Positions 1-12,649 of a stretch of DNA of 64,000 nucleotides are shown here, piece after piece (the first letter of the stretch is position 1; every line of letters starts with the position of its first letter). The notes beneath the pieces were generated by a model. It was not told the origin of the DNA. It ran no database searches and saw only the letters and a list, made by a program, of their open reading frames with translations. Source of the DNA: Phoronis australis (lineage: Eukaryota; Animalia; Phoronida); assembly GCA_002633005.1 (NCBI GenBank), contig NMRA01000431.1:273708-337707 (forward strand), read 5' to 3'. The translations under genes were made by a program, and so were the position numbers.

Positions 1-266
1 AGTGAAATGCACTGCTTACCTCAACAGGCCCTTCCTTTATTTATTTCATGCTAGTCTAATAAAGGTAAACCTTTAAACTCAAATAGGTCAATTTGGTGTC
101 AGAGCATCTATTCCTATTGAACAAGTCCATAAACATTATTAGGCCTTGAGTTTATCTTGTGCAACTAGGCATGCTCACTGTGGTGTTAGAAAAGCAAACA
201 AAAGGGTCCACCCTAAATATGAACCAAGACAGTTGTATTGAGCCTTGAGCTCATGCTGTGCAATTG

Positions 267-951
267 AGGGGCGGATCCAGGATTTTGAGTTAGGGGGAGG
301 GCCCGGGGCAGATTATTAGCCAGCATTTTGCCCGTCAGACATTCGCACCCCCGGACTGCCACATGACAGCGTTTTCCCGTTCAGTGACTTTACCAGATGT
401 AGGGGGTTCTGAGCGTGTGATAACATTTAGCTTTTTGTTAACTGCCAAGCACACTCTTTTGTCTGTTATGACAACAGGCAGGCTAATTATTTACCAGGCT
501 TATTACAGACCACGTGTGAGCACAGTCAAACTCAGAGTGAATTGGTGTATTCGGAAAGAATAGATTGTCGTAACTTCGGTTGCAGTTGGGCTATTTTGAC
601 GATTCAAAAACTAAGCATGATCACCATTTAACGAAAATTTCAGAAATGGTGTTGGTTTATGTTCAAATATGTTATAACGTAACTTTTATTTTTAACAGCA
701 CAGCCCAGTCAAGGTAGATACGATCTTATTGGAGATTAGAGCAATTATCGGACAAAGGAGCTGCCCCTCCAACCATGAATGCCAGAATGTAGTTAATCTG
801 TCGTGTAAGATATTGGCTACAGGGGTAAACTTCCCACGTTGTTGTTGGGCTATAGAATCGAACAAGTTGGGAGCAACGAGAAAACGCCGTAATGAAATGA
901 GAATTTGGGGGGGTGGCCCCCTTGCCCCCCTCGACCCTAAATCTTCCACTT
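267..951. mobile_element. Degenerate GC-rich-ended MITE (hAT-like family)
   Basis: Left end GAGGGGCGGATCCAGGATTTTGAGTTAGGGGG matches the ends at 9558 and 30581(rc). Degenerate right end GGGGGTGGCCCCCTTGCCCCCC...CCTAAATCTTCCACT at about 905-951. No clear TSD. Confidence 0.45.
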
Positions 952-2184
952 GTTTCTTCATTTCTGAACACCAATATCCAAAACACTGCGGGAGAGAAAG
1001 GTATTAACTACAAGAAACGATTGGATGAGTTTTGCTTTTCGTAGAATTTGAACGTATGTTCACCGGGCTTTCTCAGACCCGGGTCGTTCTATAAATTTTA
1101 TTTTATCGTGTCTTCCTCCGCGACGTGCTGTATGAATAACCTCGTTACTATCAAACTAGAATATATAATTTAGATTATCATGCACACAGCAAATCGTTTG
1201 TAGTAGGCCTAAACATCGCTCACGACTCCAACTGTTCACACAACGCCTGGGCGAGAGTGACGGAAATGGAGATCACGTGTGGACGAGAAACTACTCATTT
1301 TGCTGTCTTTATTTTCTAAAGTTCTTTGTGTATTGTAGATAATTGTTTATTCGTTTTCATGTTGAAATTGAGTATGCGACAAGGAACCAATATGAGATTG
1401 GCTCCCTAGGTTATAGCATGCGCTACTTCTGGTTTTAGTTAAAGGAGAATGCCACCCAAAAAACAACCTATTTTGTATCAATTTAGATCGAGTAGTTCTA
1501 CTCGATAACGGCACGTTCGGTTGCGTTACCTGACGTCAGACGGAGGAGTTGAAATTATCCAATGACGTCATTGGTTTCATGCGCAGTCTGTTCAGCAGTT
1601 CACAACACGGGTTACTGGTGTCGGCTTACCGCTTGCATTCATCGTTTAACACTAATAAATCACCAAACTTCGATGTAAAACCCTTAAAAATACAACGAGT
1701 TCTTATAAAACGTGTTGTTTTATTTCGCTGTTACGGGTTTATTGGTATTTGGACACACCGTAGCCTACAAAGTTCGGGAGGCCAATTTACCTAGGTCCGT
1801 AGCAGGAGTTTGGGGTCTGTTCGGAGATAAATTCTAAGTATTCTTCCGTGAAATACAGACAGGAAAACCTAGATCTGTGTTATTTAGATTTGTGATTTTT
1901 TGAGTTCTAAACACACAAAACGCTTGTTATCCCGGCCCAGTACGTGGCTCGGAACCCGATCCGGCTCGTCGCGGCTGGACTGACTCGTTATACCGGCCAG
2001 TGGCTCGGAACCCAATCAGGCCTGTCGTGGCCACCGGGACTGGCACGAACATAAACCAACTTGAGTTGGAAACTAAACCTCCAGTCACGAAAGACTATAA
2101 TAGTGAGCCAAAGAAATAACTTGCATGTAATTATTTCTGTGAATTAGCCACAAAACTGAAAATCTACTTTTATGCTCGGAATAT

Positions 2185-2686
2185 GTCCCGAAAATAATAG
2201 GTGCGTCGCAAGCTCCGTTTCCAGAGATACAAAGGAGACCGTGTATAGGCGATATAAGGTCATTTATTATGACTGATAGGGTACAGAAATATGAGTGTAC
2301 AAATAACATAAAGATAAAATAATAATCTCTGGAAAGATGGGCAATAAAAAGCGCCAGCACTCAGGTAAGAGGAACTACCCAGAGTAGAGGGTGGTAGAGG
2401 GTGGAAAAAATGAAGAGAGATTAGCTCAAACCTAAGTGCTGCAAAGCGAAGTACAGATGGCAGGAAATATAACTTTCTTGAGAACAAAAGAGCCCTATGA
2501 CACGTGGCAATCATCAGCCTATGGGAGCCAGGAGCTGACCAAACTCGTGGCAGTAATACAAACGAACCAATAGTGAGGCTGGAAATGGAATGTCCTAGTG
2601 CCTTGAGTGCAGGAGGACCGAATGCGAATCTACACAAGGGGTTATTGGACCAGACCGAAAGAAGGGGGTATAAGAGAGACGAGTCC
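2185..2686 (-). mobile_element. About 500-bp secondary insertion in Kolobok copy 1, solo-LTR-like
   Basis: Absent from copy 2. Flanked by direct ATAT (2181-2184, 2687-2690), or alternatively read as TG...CA ends. Minus strand has AATAAA near its 3' part. Confidence 0.5.
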
Positions 2687-3208
2687 ATATTCTCGCATAA
2701 ATATATTTAACGAGTGAAATGTCATACTTGTCGGGGGCCCGCGCGAAGTCGGGTTCCCCTTCCACAGACCGTCTGGGCAAAGGTTGTACAGTAACAATGA
2801 TTTGTATTTCTACATAAAGATTTCCCTAACATGTGACCACAGCATATAAAATCGAGTAATTGTTTTACAACAGCTTTCTGTCAGCAAACACTGAATTAGC
2901 ATACGCTCACGCAGCCTAGGCGCCCGGTCAATTACCTTTATTGCCGGCATCAAAAGCCGGTCAACGCAGAGGCCATTGCTGGCTTCTCAACATTTGCACT
3001 CACGAATACTGCAAAGGCATTACAAATTGTATCTAATGAGACAGACTTTGTTCCAGTTTTATATAAGCATTGGTTAGGATGAGAATAATTCATTTTGAAA
3101 CAACGCAGAATCATAAACGTCTACATAGCAAATCGCCCGGCGCCAATCCCGACTTAGTCAAGAGCTCATCCGACGAAGACTTCACGGATCGGATCGTTAG
3201 GTTTCACA

Positions 3209-3256
3209 GGCTATCAATTCGAACCGGAATACACTGATCAAGAAATACTAGAGAGG
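3209..3256 (+). pseudogene. KolX-like N-terminal remnant (GYQFEPEYTDQEILER)
   Basis: YxFEP plus acidic helix. Homologous GYEFEQENSDEEILDKRR in copy 2 (about 29083-29135), downstream of an AACATGGC start context. Confidence 0.5.
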
Positions 3257-3317
3257 TGCCGTGAACGTTCACAGGCAACGGAACGTATGGATCTTTGGTA
3301 AGCCGAATTCGTCAGAG

Positions 3318-3520
3318 AAATCACTGTCGACGAAATGCCGGACACAGACACGGAGATGTTTCACGGCCTCATACTTGCTATTAACAGCGGGACCTTTCAT
3401 TCTTCACTACCGCGAGCCACTTCCCAAGCCTTTTCTTGCTCTCGAGGAAGTCGAACAAACGATATAACCACTTTCTTCGCAGCTTCATAGTTCGGACAAG
3501 CGGGAACGATGCACCGCAAT
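3318..3520 (-). pseudogene. Frameshifted THAP zinc-finger remnant
   Basis: RCIVPACPN...ISFVRLP...(frameshift)KWL...(frameshift)KHLRVCVRHFVDSDF gives the C2CH signature with the conserved P, W and F of THAP. Confidence 0.75.
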
Positions 3521-4045
3521 CGGCATTCACTCTGCAGACGAACCACTGACGTCGCTGCGTCGTTTCTCAACTTCCTCACAGGTTAGCACGACACCTCTCG
3601 GCAAGGTGAGGTCGACCGAAAAAGAGGCGATGTGGATATAGACCGATTAAGACGGTAAAAAAGACTAATTTAATCGGGTGGCATTCTCCTTTAAGGAACC
3701 AATGAGATTAGTTAAGGAACTGTTGGTGTGCTAGCAGTTAAAGGCATTCTGTTCGGTTATAGGAACGTTGAATGCGCGATGCAGTGCAAGAACGTGGTCC
3801 AAGGATAATACTAGTCTGGTGGAGGATAATATAGTTTTAGTACATACTCTTCTACTGATACTACTGAGTCTGTAACAATCCATGCGATCATACACTTATA
3901 TAGTGACACACATGAATCATAACAGGTTATACTGTACAAACATATTTACTCATGTTGGGGGTGTATTACATAATACTTAATTCTCTGAACTACTCCTACA
4001 CATGCACTCATCCTAAACCACTCAAATATGAGATCATACTCTAAC

Positions 4046-4369
4046 AGGAACCAATATGAGATTGGTTAAGAGACCAATATGAGATTGGTTAAGAGACAAA
4101 TATGAGATTGGTTAAGCCGGGAACAATATGAAATTGGTTAAGGGACCAATATGAAATTGGTTAAGAGACCAATATGAAATTGGTTAAGGGACCAATATGA
4201 AATTGGTTAAGGGACCAATAAGAAATTGGTTAAGAGACCAATACGAGTTTGGTAAGGGATGAGATTGGCTAAGGAACCAACACTGAGATTGGTTAAGGAC
4301 GGAAGCAATATTTCGGAAATTGGTTAAGAAACCAATATGAGATTGGTTAAGGAACCCGATGAGATTGGC
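4046..4369. repeat. About 23-bp minisatellite, about 14 units (ACCAATATGAGATTGGTTAAG[A/G]G)
   Basis: Directly visible tandem array. Each unit has an internal inverted repeat CCAAT-n5-ATTGG. Isolated units also occur at 1381-1400 and 3692-3720. Confidence 0.95.
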
Positions 4370-4741
4370 TCCCTAGGTTATAGCAATCATGCACTACTGA
4401 AGAAAATTCGATCACTTGTACTCTAAATTTCTTTACAAGCTATGGAAGAAATGATAGCTCGTTATTTGTTGAAACCATGTTCAGACCGGGTGGTAAAGCC
4501 AACTAATTAACTCTATCAATAACGAGGTGTTTTTATTTACGGAGACTATGCAGTTCTAGAAATTTGAATCGTAAATCAAAGTTGTGTTTCAACAGTAGGC
4601 AGGAACATGGATGTTTTAAAAGAAACAATTTTAATATCGACGTTTCAGTTTATTTGCATACCAACTCGTCGAATGGGTAATAGTAAACAATTGTTTTATA
4701 TTACGTTGTTTTAATTCATAACAAAACCACCCCGACACAAA

Positions 4742-5361
4742 TTATAACATCTCGTTCTTCAATGGAGCAAAGAAATTGTCTGCGCCAGCGTCAGAACAAG
4801 TGCACGTGCCAAGAGTCCACCCCCCAGTGTGTTGAAAGCCGCCTATGATGTCCATGCTGCTGAGGTCCTCGTATGCTTGTCGTTCGCACGTCTCCAGCAT
4901 TTCCTCCACGCTATCGGTCATACGCTCCTGTTCGTAGTCTGACTGGAAAAACTTGAGAGCGCTGCGCGAGAACTGGCCGTATCTTGGGATCATCTCGGCC
5001 ACTACCTTCATGTGGTCTTTCACGATGTAGCGGTCGTTGTCAATATTCTTGTCCACCAGCAGATACGCTGTGTTTTCCTGCTCACACATCAAGTCCCAAG
5101 GAAGAAAGAAGTGTGCATGCGTCCTGGGATCGAACAGATAATCGGCGAAGCGTTTCTCGTTTCGGTTAACATGTTGCTCAAACTTTCCAAAAAGTTCCTT
5201 TATGCGAGTTTCACGGAACTGCTCAATTTTGTCGAATCTCTCCTGTATTCTTTTTTCTCTTTCGTTAACCGTCTTCACCGCTTCCCCTGTATCTGCTGCT
5301 CCTTGTGTGGTGAAAAGCGACTTAAACTGTTTTAGAACATCTTTCAGTTGAATAAAACTTT
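4742..5361 (-). CDS. Gene A last coding exon, uncharacterised protein (HxxFxxPWD block)
   Basis: Acceptor TTTTTCGCATTGCAG, phase 1, in frame with ORF 4742..5278. Aligns with gene B exon 14139-14644. Confidence 0.7.
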
Positions 5362-5541
5362 CTGCAATGCGAAAAATAACGTTACCAACATTCCACTATC
5401 AAGGACTTACGCAGCGCTTATGTTAGAAAAATCTACTAAGTTGCGAGCAGTTGACAGATGTTTTTTGAAATTTAAAACTGTGAGAAGCACTTTAAATAAT
5501 GCCATGCCTGTTTGTCACATTCTATGCCACTCCACATGTAC

Positions 5542-5658
5542 CTTTCTCTGACACTGGGTCAATTTCAGCTTGGGGAAATATCTTGTCCAGGCAGTCACCA
5601 AATATAGAGTCTTCCTTGTGCTTTTCCAGCTGCTCCGCATCTCCCGAGGTGCTTGATT
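5542..5658 (-). CDS. Gene A internal exon (ESSTSGDAEQLEKHKEDSIFGDCLDKIFPQAEIDPVSEK)
   Basis: Acceptor TTCATTTTAG, donor AAAG/GTACAT, 117 nt, phase 1 to phase 1, open frame joins the 5361 exon. Confidence 0.6.
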
Positions 5659-7944
5659 CTAAAATGAACAGTTGCATAATCGTCGCTTAGTTCGCGGGAC
5701 TCGGTCAAAATGATGAGATTTATTGAAGCAGCCTTCACACTGGGTGTGTAACAATGTAAAGTAGCTTAACTTGTATACATACTGTCACAAATGTACTAAG
5801 TGAGTCAACATTTTTAAAGTGAAAACAAGTACTGTATCGTGCTATCTAACTTCAATGCGGAAAAGTGTGTTTAAATTTTCCAGTGGAGAGGTTTCGTAAA
5901 AAACGTGTACGGGTAGGTGTACTACGTGTAACTAGTTACAAGTTCAAGGGGAAAGGGGTGGCACTTCTAGCGGATTTAGAATGCTGCGAGGGGAGGCGAC
6001 AAATTTTTCAAAGGCAAACCTTTATGCGTCAACCGGCAAGGGAAATCAATTGTGACCGGAAGTTTAATTAGTAGTGACCTACTAATGTGGAAACTGTGAT
6101 TTTCCTCCCCGGGTGAGAAAAATCTTAGGTAGCACTCGGATGACCATAGACAATTTATGGGGGATGCCTACTCCCTCTCCAAACATGGGCATGTCGTGAG
6201 AAAACTTTTATGGTTGTAAGAACCTTGCTTCGTTTTCAGATTCTTCTTTAGTTCAGACGTGAAGGAGAGCCCAGGCTGCATTGAAAGACATTCTTTTTTG
6301 ATTGAGAAATCAAGTGATGCAGCGACACTTTTCACTTTTGAATTGAAAATACAAATTGAGCATAACAACGACAAATTAATGCAATTAAATTAATATTCGA
6401 ATTCTGAAAATTGTTTTCAACAGTGTTTCAGTGCACAATAAAATCTATTTGACAAGAACATGTATGTAGCCAACTGTACCCGTCTACTCAACACGTGCAA
6501 TGTAGAGCACACAGAATGTTATGACGTAGCACACACGAAAAAGGGAACCTCCTTCTACACCTGTACACGCATGTTTTCGAAACCTCTATGATATTTTTCG
6601 AAAGTAAGTTCTGAGGACCGATATGTAACCTAACACTCGCGAAACTGCTGACATGGATTTTGGGCCACTTCTGGGGTCTGTTTCGTTAAAAGTTAGAACT
6701 TTTAAGTTACGCTCCATATAACTATTTCTGAGACATAGCTAAAATTCATTTAACTCACAACAAAGATAAAGTGCCCGGATGGAACAATATAACATAAGTG
6801 AGTAAACAAATTCTACAAGTGTCACGTGGTGAATATCTTTGCCGGTAGGCGGTTGAAACAACACAATTTGATTTGGATGTAATGAGTATATTGACTAAAT
6901 GTTTGAATTTCCCTAAATGAATAATCATAAAGATTAACGTGATCACGTTTCCCGTTCCTGGCGTCGGCCTTGGATCCAATGTTACACTTGTTATGAGGAG
7001 TTTCCTCTTCTCTTGAGCATTCGATCAAGTCTTCCAAGCAGTCTTCACTTGATGAAATGCTTCGGAATAACCATGAAGTTCAGTCCATCGAACAACATGT
7101 ATGATAACATTGAATTCAGTCCATCGAATTTCTGCTACATGCATCGGATTGAAATTCAGTCCATCGAATTTCTATAACTTGTGATATTTCTCAGCCAACC
7201 AGTAGCATCTCTTCAGGAATATCTGCGATAGCAAGCTGGTTGCCTCTCTCCAAGAAATATCTAATACCTCTATACCAATCTGGTTGCCTCTCGTTGGAAT
7301 TATGCCTTCTTGAAAAGCTAACGGTATACTTATACTCAAACAGAAAAGGTGGGCGAGATCAAAACATAAAACCCACAAACTTCCTCCAAATGTACTCATA
7401 GTTCCAAGACAACTCCCAGAACAACATCATAAGATTCCAATTATGAACCTAAGCTTTCGCCAAATATGGTCACGGACAGACAAACTTTCAAGTAATTTCT
7501 GCTGAATAGTAACAAGACTATTGTTGTTGTCAGAACTGGCTAACCCCAGAGTTGACCAATTCCGGTGAATTTAAAGTTACATAACTCTGCTAGCATAGCA
7601 TAAACACATGGTTAGAGACAAATATGCTGATTCATTTCCTATGCACTCATAGGAGGCAATACATTTCAGTAAACAACTAATACCTTTAATCAATTACGCA
7701 ACAACCATTATATACTTAATTAATACTAAAACTTCTCATGTCTAGTAATATTATTCTCATGTACATAGTTAACTCAAGTTGTAATGTGTTTGTATCATAC
7801 TTTAATGATAAATAAATGACATGTTCGTCCTACATAAAATCTCCCCGTAACAACAAGTGTGCTGACATTTTTGGAAACTGATCCACGCAACCGGCACTGG
7901 AGTTGAGAAAGGAATTCTAGCTTAAAGCCTTCGTCGAATGGATT

Positions 7945-8106
7945 TTGTTATGTGGATGTATTGGGCTATCTAGGTAGGACAAGCTATGTTTTAGCAATGT
8001 TATGTGGATGTATTGGGCTATCTAGGTAGGACAAGCAATGTTTTAGCAATATATGTTATGTGGATGTATTGGGCTATCTAGGTAGGACAAGCAATGTTTT
8101 AGCAAT
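7945..8106. repeat. Tandem repeat, 3 units of about 52-56 bp
   Basis: TGTTATGTGGATGTATTGGGCTATCTAGGTAGGACAAGC(T/A)ATGTTTTAGCAA repeated three times. Confidence 0.95.
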
Positions 8107-8535
8107 GCACGAAATTACTCAAACGTAAAGTAGCTTTTTCATATTGCGTTACGACGAGAAAACGGCAAAGAATGGCCGATAACAATGGTTTTTTTGTTGA
8201 GCATTCGTCGGTATCTGCGTAGTTCTAGTTCTGCTGCGGGTACCAGGGTTTATTCACTATGTGCAGTAGTTGTTCCTAGCTGTATTTCAGTCAACTGAAG
8301 ATTCTCGTGGTGACAATAAGTCTGACAATTCATTTCATTTGGCAATTTATGACTTCAGTGTGGTCAGAGTGACATATTCTAAGAACTAGCTTACACAGGT
8401 TACCGTTCAAAATAGACTTTTAAATTAATAAATTTAAACCGAAATCGCATTGATGGCAGCTCGAACGCTTTCGTATCCCAAGTCGCACTTTGCCGATGTG
8501 CCGACTTCATCGCTTCCACTTCGCTTTATACATAC

Positions 8536-8858
8536 CTTCAGTAGCCACAAGACCACCCTCTTGGAAAAAGTAGTTGAGTGACGTCACATCTAGTCTTAAG
8601 TCCTCGTCGTCCACTGTTGACAGTACTTTAAATATTCCCTGGCACAAGAGAATGTTATCGCTCGTTTCCCCACATCTAATTTCGTCTATGTCGGAGACTG
8701 CAAAAATCAGATTTGGCCCGGCTACATCAAGAATATGCAGTGGGGAATCCCTAGTTTCTGTCGTTGTGTTTTCTTTTATCATGCCATTGCCCTCAACGTC
8801 GTCGTCGTCGTTATTGTCAGTGTTTTCATACTCGCCGCTTCGACTTGATGGTTTGATT
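8536..8858 (-). CDS. Possible gene A exon (5' boundary unresolved, may be disrupted)
   Basis: Open acidic then globular-looking frame (ORF 8507..8782 extended upstream) ending at a strong phase-1 donor GAAG/GTATGT compatible with the 5658 exon. The best acceptor (about 8915) is out of frame. Confidence 0.35.
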
Positions 8859-9557
8859 GATTAGATTGTCGCTGCTAGTATACTTTCGCGTTTTTAAGTG
8901 TAGACAATACTCAGCTGAAACAGAGCTAATCCGTCGAAAATTTCCCGCAATTTTGTGAAATGGACAGAAGAATAGGGGAAAATAAACAGGTGAGTGTCCT
9001 AGTACTATCCAAATTCGCTTGGGATATTTTGGGAACCACAAACGGTCTTATCCGATTCTATTTCGCCTATTTTCGTTTCTCTAACAACGTCTGCAATCTT
9101 ATACTTTCATATTTTAACGTAATGACGTCATATGTTTATTATTTGTGACCCGAATGCCAGCCAATGAATCACGAGTTCACCGCTAGCCAAAAATGCAAAT
9201 GGTGGAGTGACAGGCGAATCTTCGAGTGACTATGTTCTTTCGAAGGGCTTAATTGATTTCCGAGCAGTTATTTTCTGCAGATAAATGTCTTCACTCGACT
9301 GTAATTTCGACGTATGCAGATTAATACTTGACGCACATTTCGAGTGTGATATGTATGACACAAAATTTCTACACTTTCAGTGTGCGGACTTCCAACTCTG
9401 TTCAAGGATTGGTTTACCGACTACTGTTGACTTAAGTTTAAAATTGGTGCACTTAATAAGTGTCTGGATCATCCTTGTACGCATGACTTGAGTGATGTCA
9501 CAAAATGCAGTTAAATGCACCGTAAGCTAATGCACAGACACCAAACAAGGTATAAGT

Positions 9558-9715
9558 CAGGCAGATCCAAGATTTTGAGTTGGGGGGGGGAGGGGGCAGA
9601 GTATTAGCCAGGATTTTCCCCGAAACATTCTCGCCCCTGAACTGCCAAATGAAATCTGGGAGAGTTTTGGGGGGGAGGACATGGCCCCATTGGCCCCCCT
9701 CTAAATTCTTCACTG
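9558..9715. mobile_element. MITE with 5-bp TSD TAAGT (hAT5-like)
   Basis: CAGGCAGATCCAAG...CTAAATTCTTCACTG flanked by TAAGT at 9553-9557 and 9716-9720. Confidence 0.75.
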
Positions 9716-10119
9716 TAAGTGGCATTTCCAGGCATTTCCATGTAATAGAGTGATACAAGAAGTGTCATTGTCATCTTTCTCAAAGAATAGCTAAAATTTA
9801 GGATTTACCTGTAGCTTTCATTGTATTCATGCAGCAGTGTTTTCCTTTTGTGATGCCATACACGGCTGAAATAATTGATCGTTTTTCCCTTAGAAAGTAT
9901 GTCGAATTTTTGCAAACAACCTGATATTATTGGAAAGGATAGAAACTTGGGACGATCTATGATCACTTGGCAGTACGTAGAACTTGCGGATTCATCAGCT
10001 GCCTTGGTATTTTTAACCTGTGCGTCATTCATAGGTAGGCGTTGGTGGTGCATACTGGTGAGTAACTGTCAAGCATGTAGGGAAACTTATTGAATTAAAC
10101 AATCAGCCTCTGGAACTAC

Positions 10120-10746
10120 CTGGAATTTCTGTCTCATCATTCGTTTGCCATCCCATCTGAACCAGTAAAGTCGTTATGCATGCAATCAAGTCTCCTACAA
10201 GGTATGCCATCATGGGGGTCCGACCAAGTCCCCAACTAACGACCAGGTCTCCGGGGGCCTTTTTACGACAGTCATTGATGAGAAACGTCATCAGCTTTCC
10301 ATATAACAGCACGTGGAACAAAGGCAGACATCGCTTTTGTTGGAACGTGAGCTCTTCCAATTCGACTAGTGATTTCTCGTATGTTTTGAGCTCAGTGAAC
10401 AAAGTCAGCATGATTTCGTGGGTCGTATCATTCTCAGAAGCAAGGTACGATAGTTTTTTGTAGTGCGCTAACATGCTGTCGAAAAGCACCTTTATCTCCT
10501 GTGAGTTGACCTCTGACCCGCAATGATCTATTTTTTGATCAGTACTACCACTAGCGCATGCGATTGCGGCACTGCTGACACCGCTAGCCAGCTGTTGCAG
10601 ATACTTTGAATCGGATACTTTGTCAATGGAATTATGGAGGAAGCTTGTCAGATCTTTCAAGAAGTCCTCTACATTTTCCTCCTGTGTTGCGTCTTTGTCA
10701 ACCCCTTCTGTGGCATCTTCACAGGTTAGTTCCACTGACTTTTGAT
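10120..10746 (-). CDS. Gene A large exon, uncharacterised protein (PLFxVxLYxK block)
   Basis: Within the 231-aa ORF. Acceptor CATGTAG, donor CCAG/GTAGTT, 627 nt, phase 1 to 1. Aligns with gene B exon 13054-13983. Confidence 0.7.
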
Positions 10747-12507
10747 CTACATGTTCGAAAATCAGAATATTACAGAGTTTTGGGCGACAATAGAGCAATC
10801 ACCATTTTCCAATTGCTAAGAAAAATGCTATAAATGATGTCCAGCTATCATCAACCTACTTCTGCTCAGAAGATGCCCGCGAATAAATGAATAAATGGCT
10901 AAAAGCAGAGTTTCGGGGGGAGGGAGGTGTTTGGAATGTGACGTATCTAGATTTACAGAAAATGTTTCATTGCACGTGGTTTAATAACCTAGCAACTAAA
11001 ATCTGTGCTTCGTATTTAGAAACATTTCTTCATCTTTCAGTAAACATGCGCGTTGTATTTTTAGAGTTTTGAAAAGCAAAGTGATGACCTCGGCCAAGGA
11101 ATCAATAGGAGAGTAATAAAGTGTTTTTTTTTTCGAAACTCGTAATATGATTGGAGGCGGAGTCTTGTTACCGAGCGAAAACATAAAAATATCGAGAGGA
11201 AACCGACAACTTCACAATTGTCGCCCAACGTTCCGGAACCATGCAATCATTCAATTAATCTCCCAAAAAGTAGATAGGAATGAACACACTGGGCAAACAC
11301 TTCATTAATTGCGTAATATAGATATACCAAACCCAAGAGTTATCGAAAACAGCGGAAGGAAGATAATGTAAACCTTAGAAACGTTAGTTTGGCCATATTT
11401 GAACTCAAAGGCGATCCCACCTAAGGACGCGACCAAAAAGAATGAAGAAATCGCCCCCTGGGATTTACACCAGATCGTTTTTCTTCAGAAGTTTAGGTAT
11501 TGGCTCCATGTGTCATCTTGCATCCGCCAGTGGTACTTTACAACACGACGAGGCTATATGTTTTTATTATTTGTTCATATCTTTTCATGGAATGGTTTTA
11601 GTATGGACTTTCTCTGCACAATTTTTGGTTTTAGCCAATCAATATTTCACATTAATTTCGAGCGTTTATTAATGTGGTCAAGAGTGGGGCAGAACAATTT
11701 CCTTGGGCAAAATAAGGAAAATCTGGGCAAAAAAGACAAATTCCTGACAGTGGAACATCCAGTGGAAACAGTTGAATACGGGAAAAGCATGTCAAAAGGG
11801 GGACGAAAAAGCTATGCCACAAAAAACTATAGATAACGAGTATCTATGATACCATATGATCCCTCGGACAAACAAGTCGAGATATATGTACTCATATGGT
11901 CAATTCTAATAGGTATGGTCTTATGGTTTTATATTCGGAAACATTGCATTAAATGATCTCTGGAAACTGAACGCTTCCATGGGCTTAAAGTTTCTAACGG
12001 AAATCGAATTTCTAAGTTCTAATAGATGCCAGTCTCTATACATGTAGAAATTGAAATCAATAAATACGGGGTCTCCAGTAAAACCTGAGTCTTCAATGTT
12101 TGCCAAGTCTCCAGCACCAGCCAGGTCTGCCATTTTGTTTGCTATCAACGAATTAAGGAGCACCAAATGTGAAGCGCGTTTGCTTGATTTTATCGTGTTG
12201 CGACCTTGCGGTTCGATGTGTTAATGGCAATTTTCACTCAAAAATACTGCTTCAATACGAACCTCCTTCTTTTAAAAAAGATGGTCCTGGTATTTTATCT
12301 TTTTGTAAGTCAAGCGCAGTAGCTGTGGTTTGCAAGTCGGACATACTGTCAGGTACTACAAGCGTCGAAATTTCAAAATTTCGTGCCTTGCAAATTCATG
12401 CCACGTGAATTCAACTTGATGTCACGGAATTAGAATATAATAATTATACTCTACCGTGACATCAAAACTATTTGATATACTGAGTTGGCTAATGCATTGC
12501 TATTCCA

Positions 12508-12649
12508 ATGACGTCCAAGAAAGAAAGAAAGTGTGGAGATCATAAGGACAGTTGTGAAGATTTGACAGGAGTAGACGAGAAGCTTTCCGCCGGTACTCAG
12601 CCAGCTTCTGGTGGTGGTGAAACAACTGATGCTACGGTAGAGTTAAAAA
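12508..12649 (+). CDS. Gene B probable first coding exon (MTSKKERKCGDHKDSCEDLTG...)
   Basis: ATG, open frame, phase-1 donor AAAA/GTTAGT matching the phase-1 acceptor at 13054. Confidence 0.5.

Larger units (their letters stand above)
1443..3690. mobile_element. Non-autonomous Kolobok-type DNA transposon, copy 1
   Basis: TTAA at 1439-1442 and 3691-3694. TIR AGGAGAATGCCACCC / GGGTGGCATTCTCCT. Colinear with 27909-29565. Carries THAP and KolX-like remnants. Confidence 0.85.

Noticed and set aside
4046-4369. Palindromic short repeats resembling a CRISPR array
   Set aside because: Units are contiguous with no unique spacers, there are no cas genes, and the context is eukaryotic.
11921-12166. ORF MADLAGAGDL... 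with an AAAATGGC start as first exon of gene A
   Set aside because: No convincing donor linking it to the 10746 exon, and it adjoins a hairpin-like repeat end (about 11830-11900); left unassigned.
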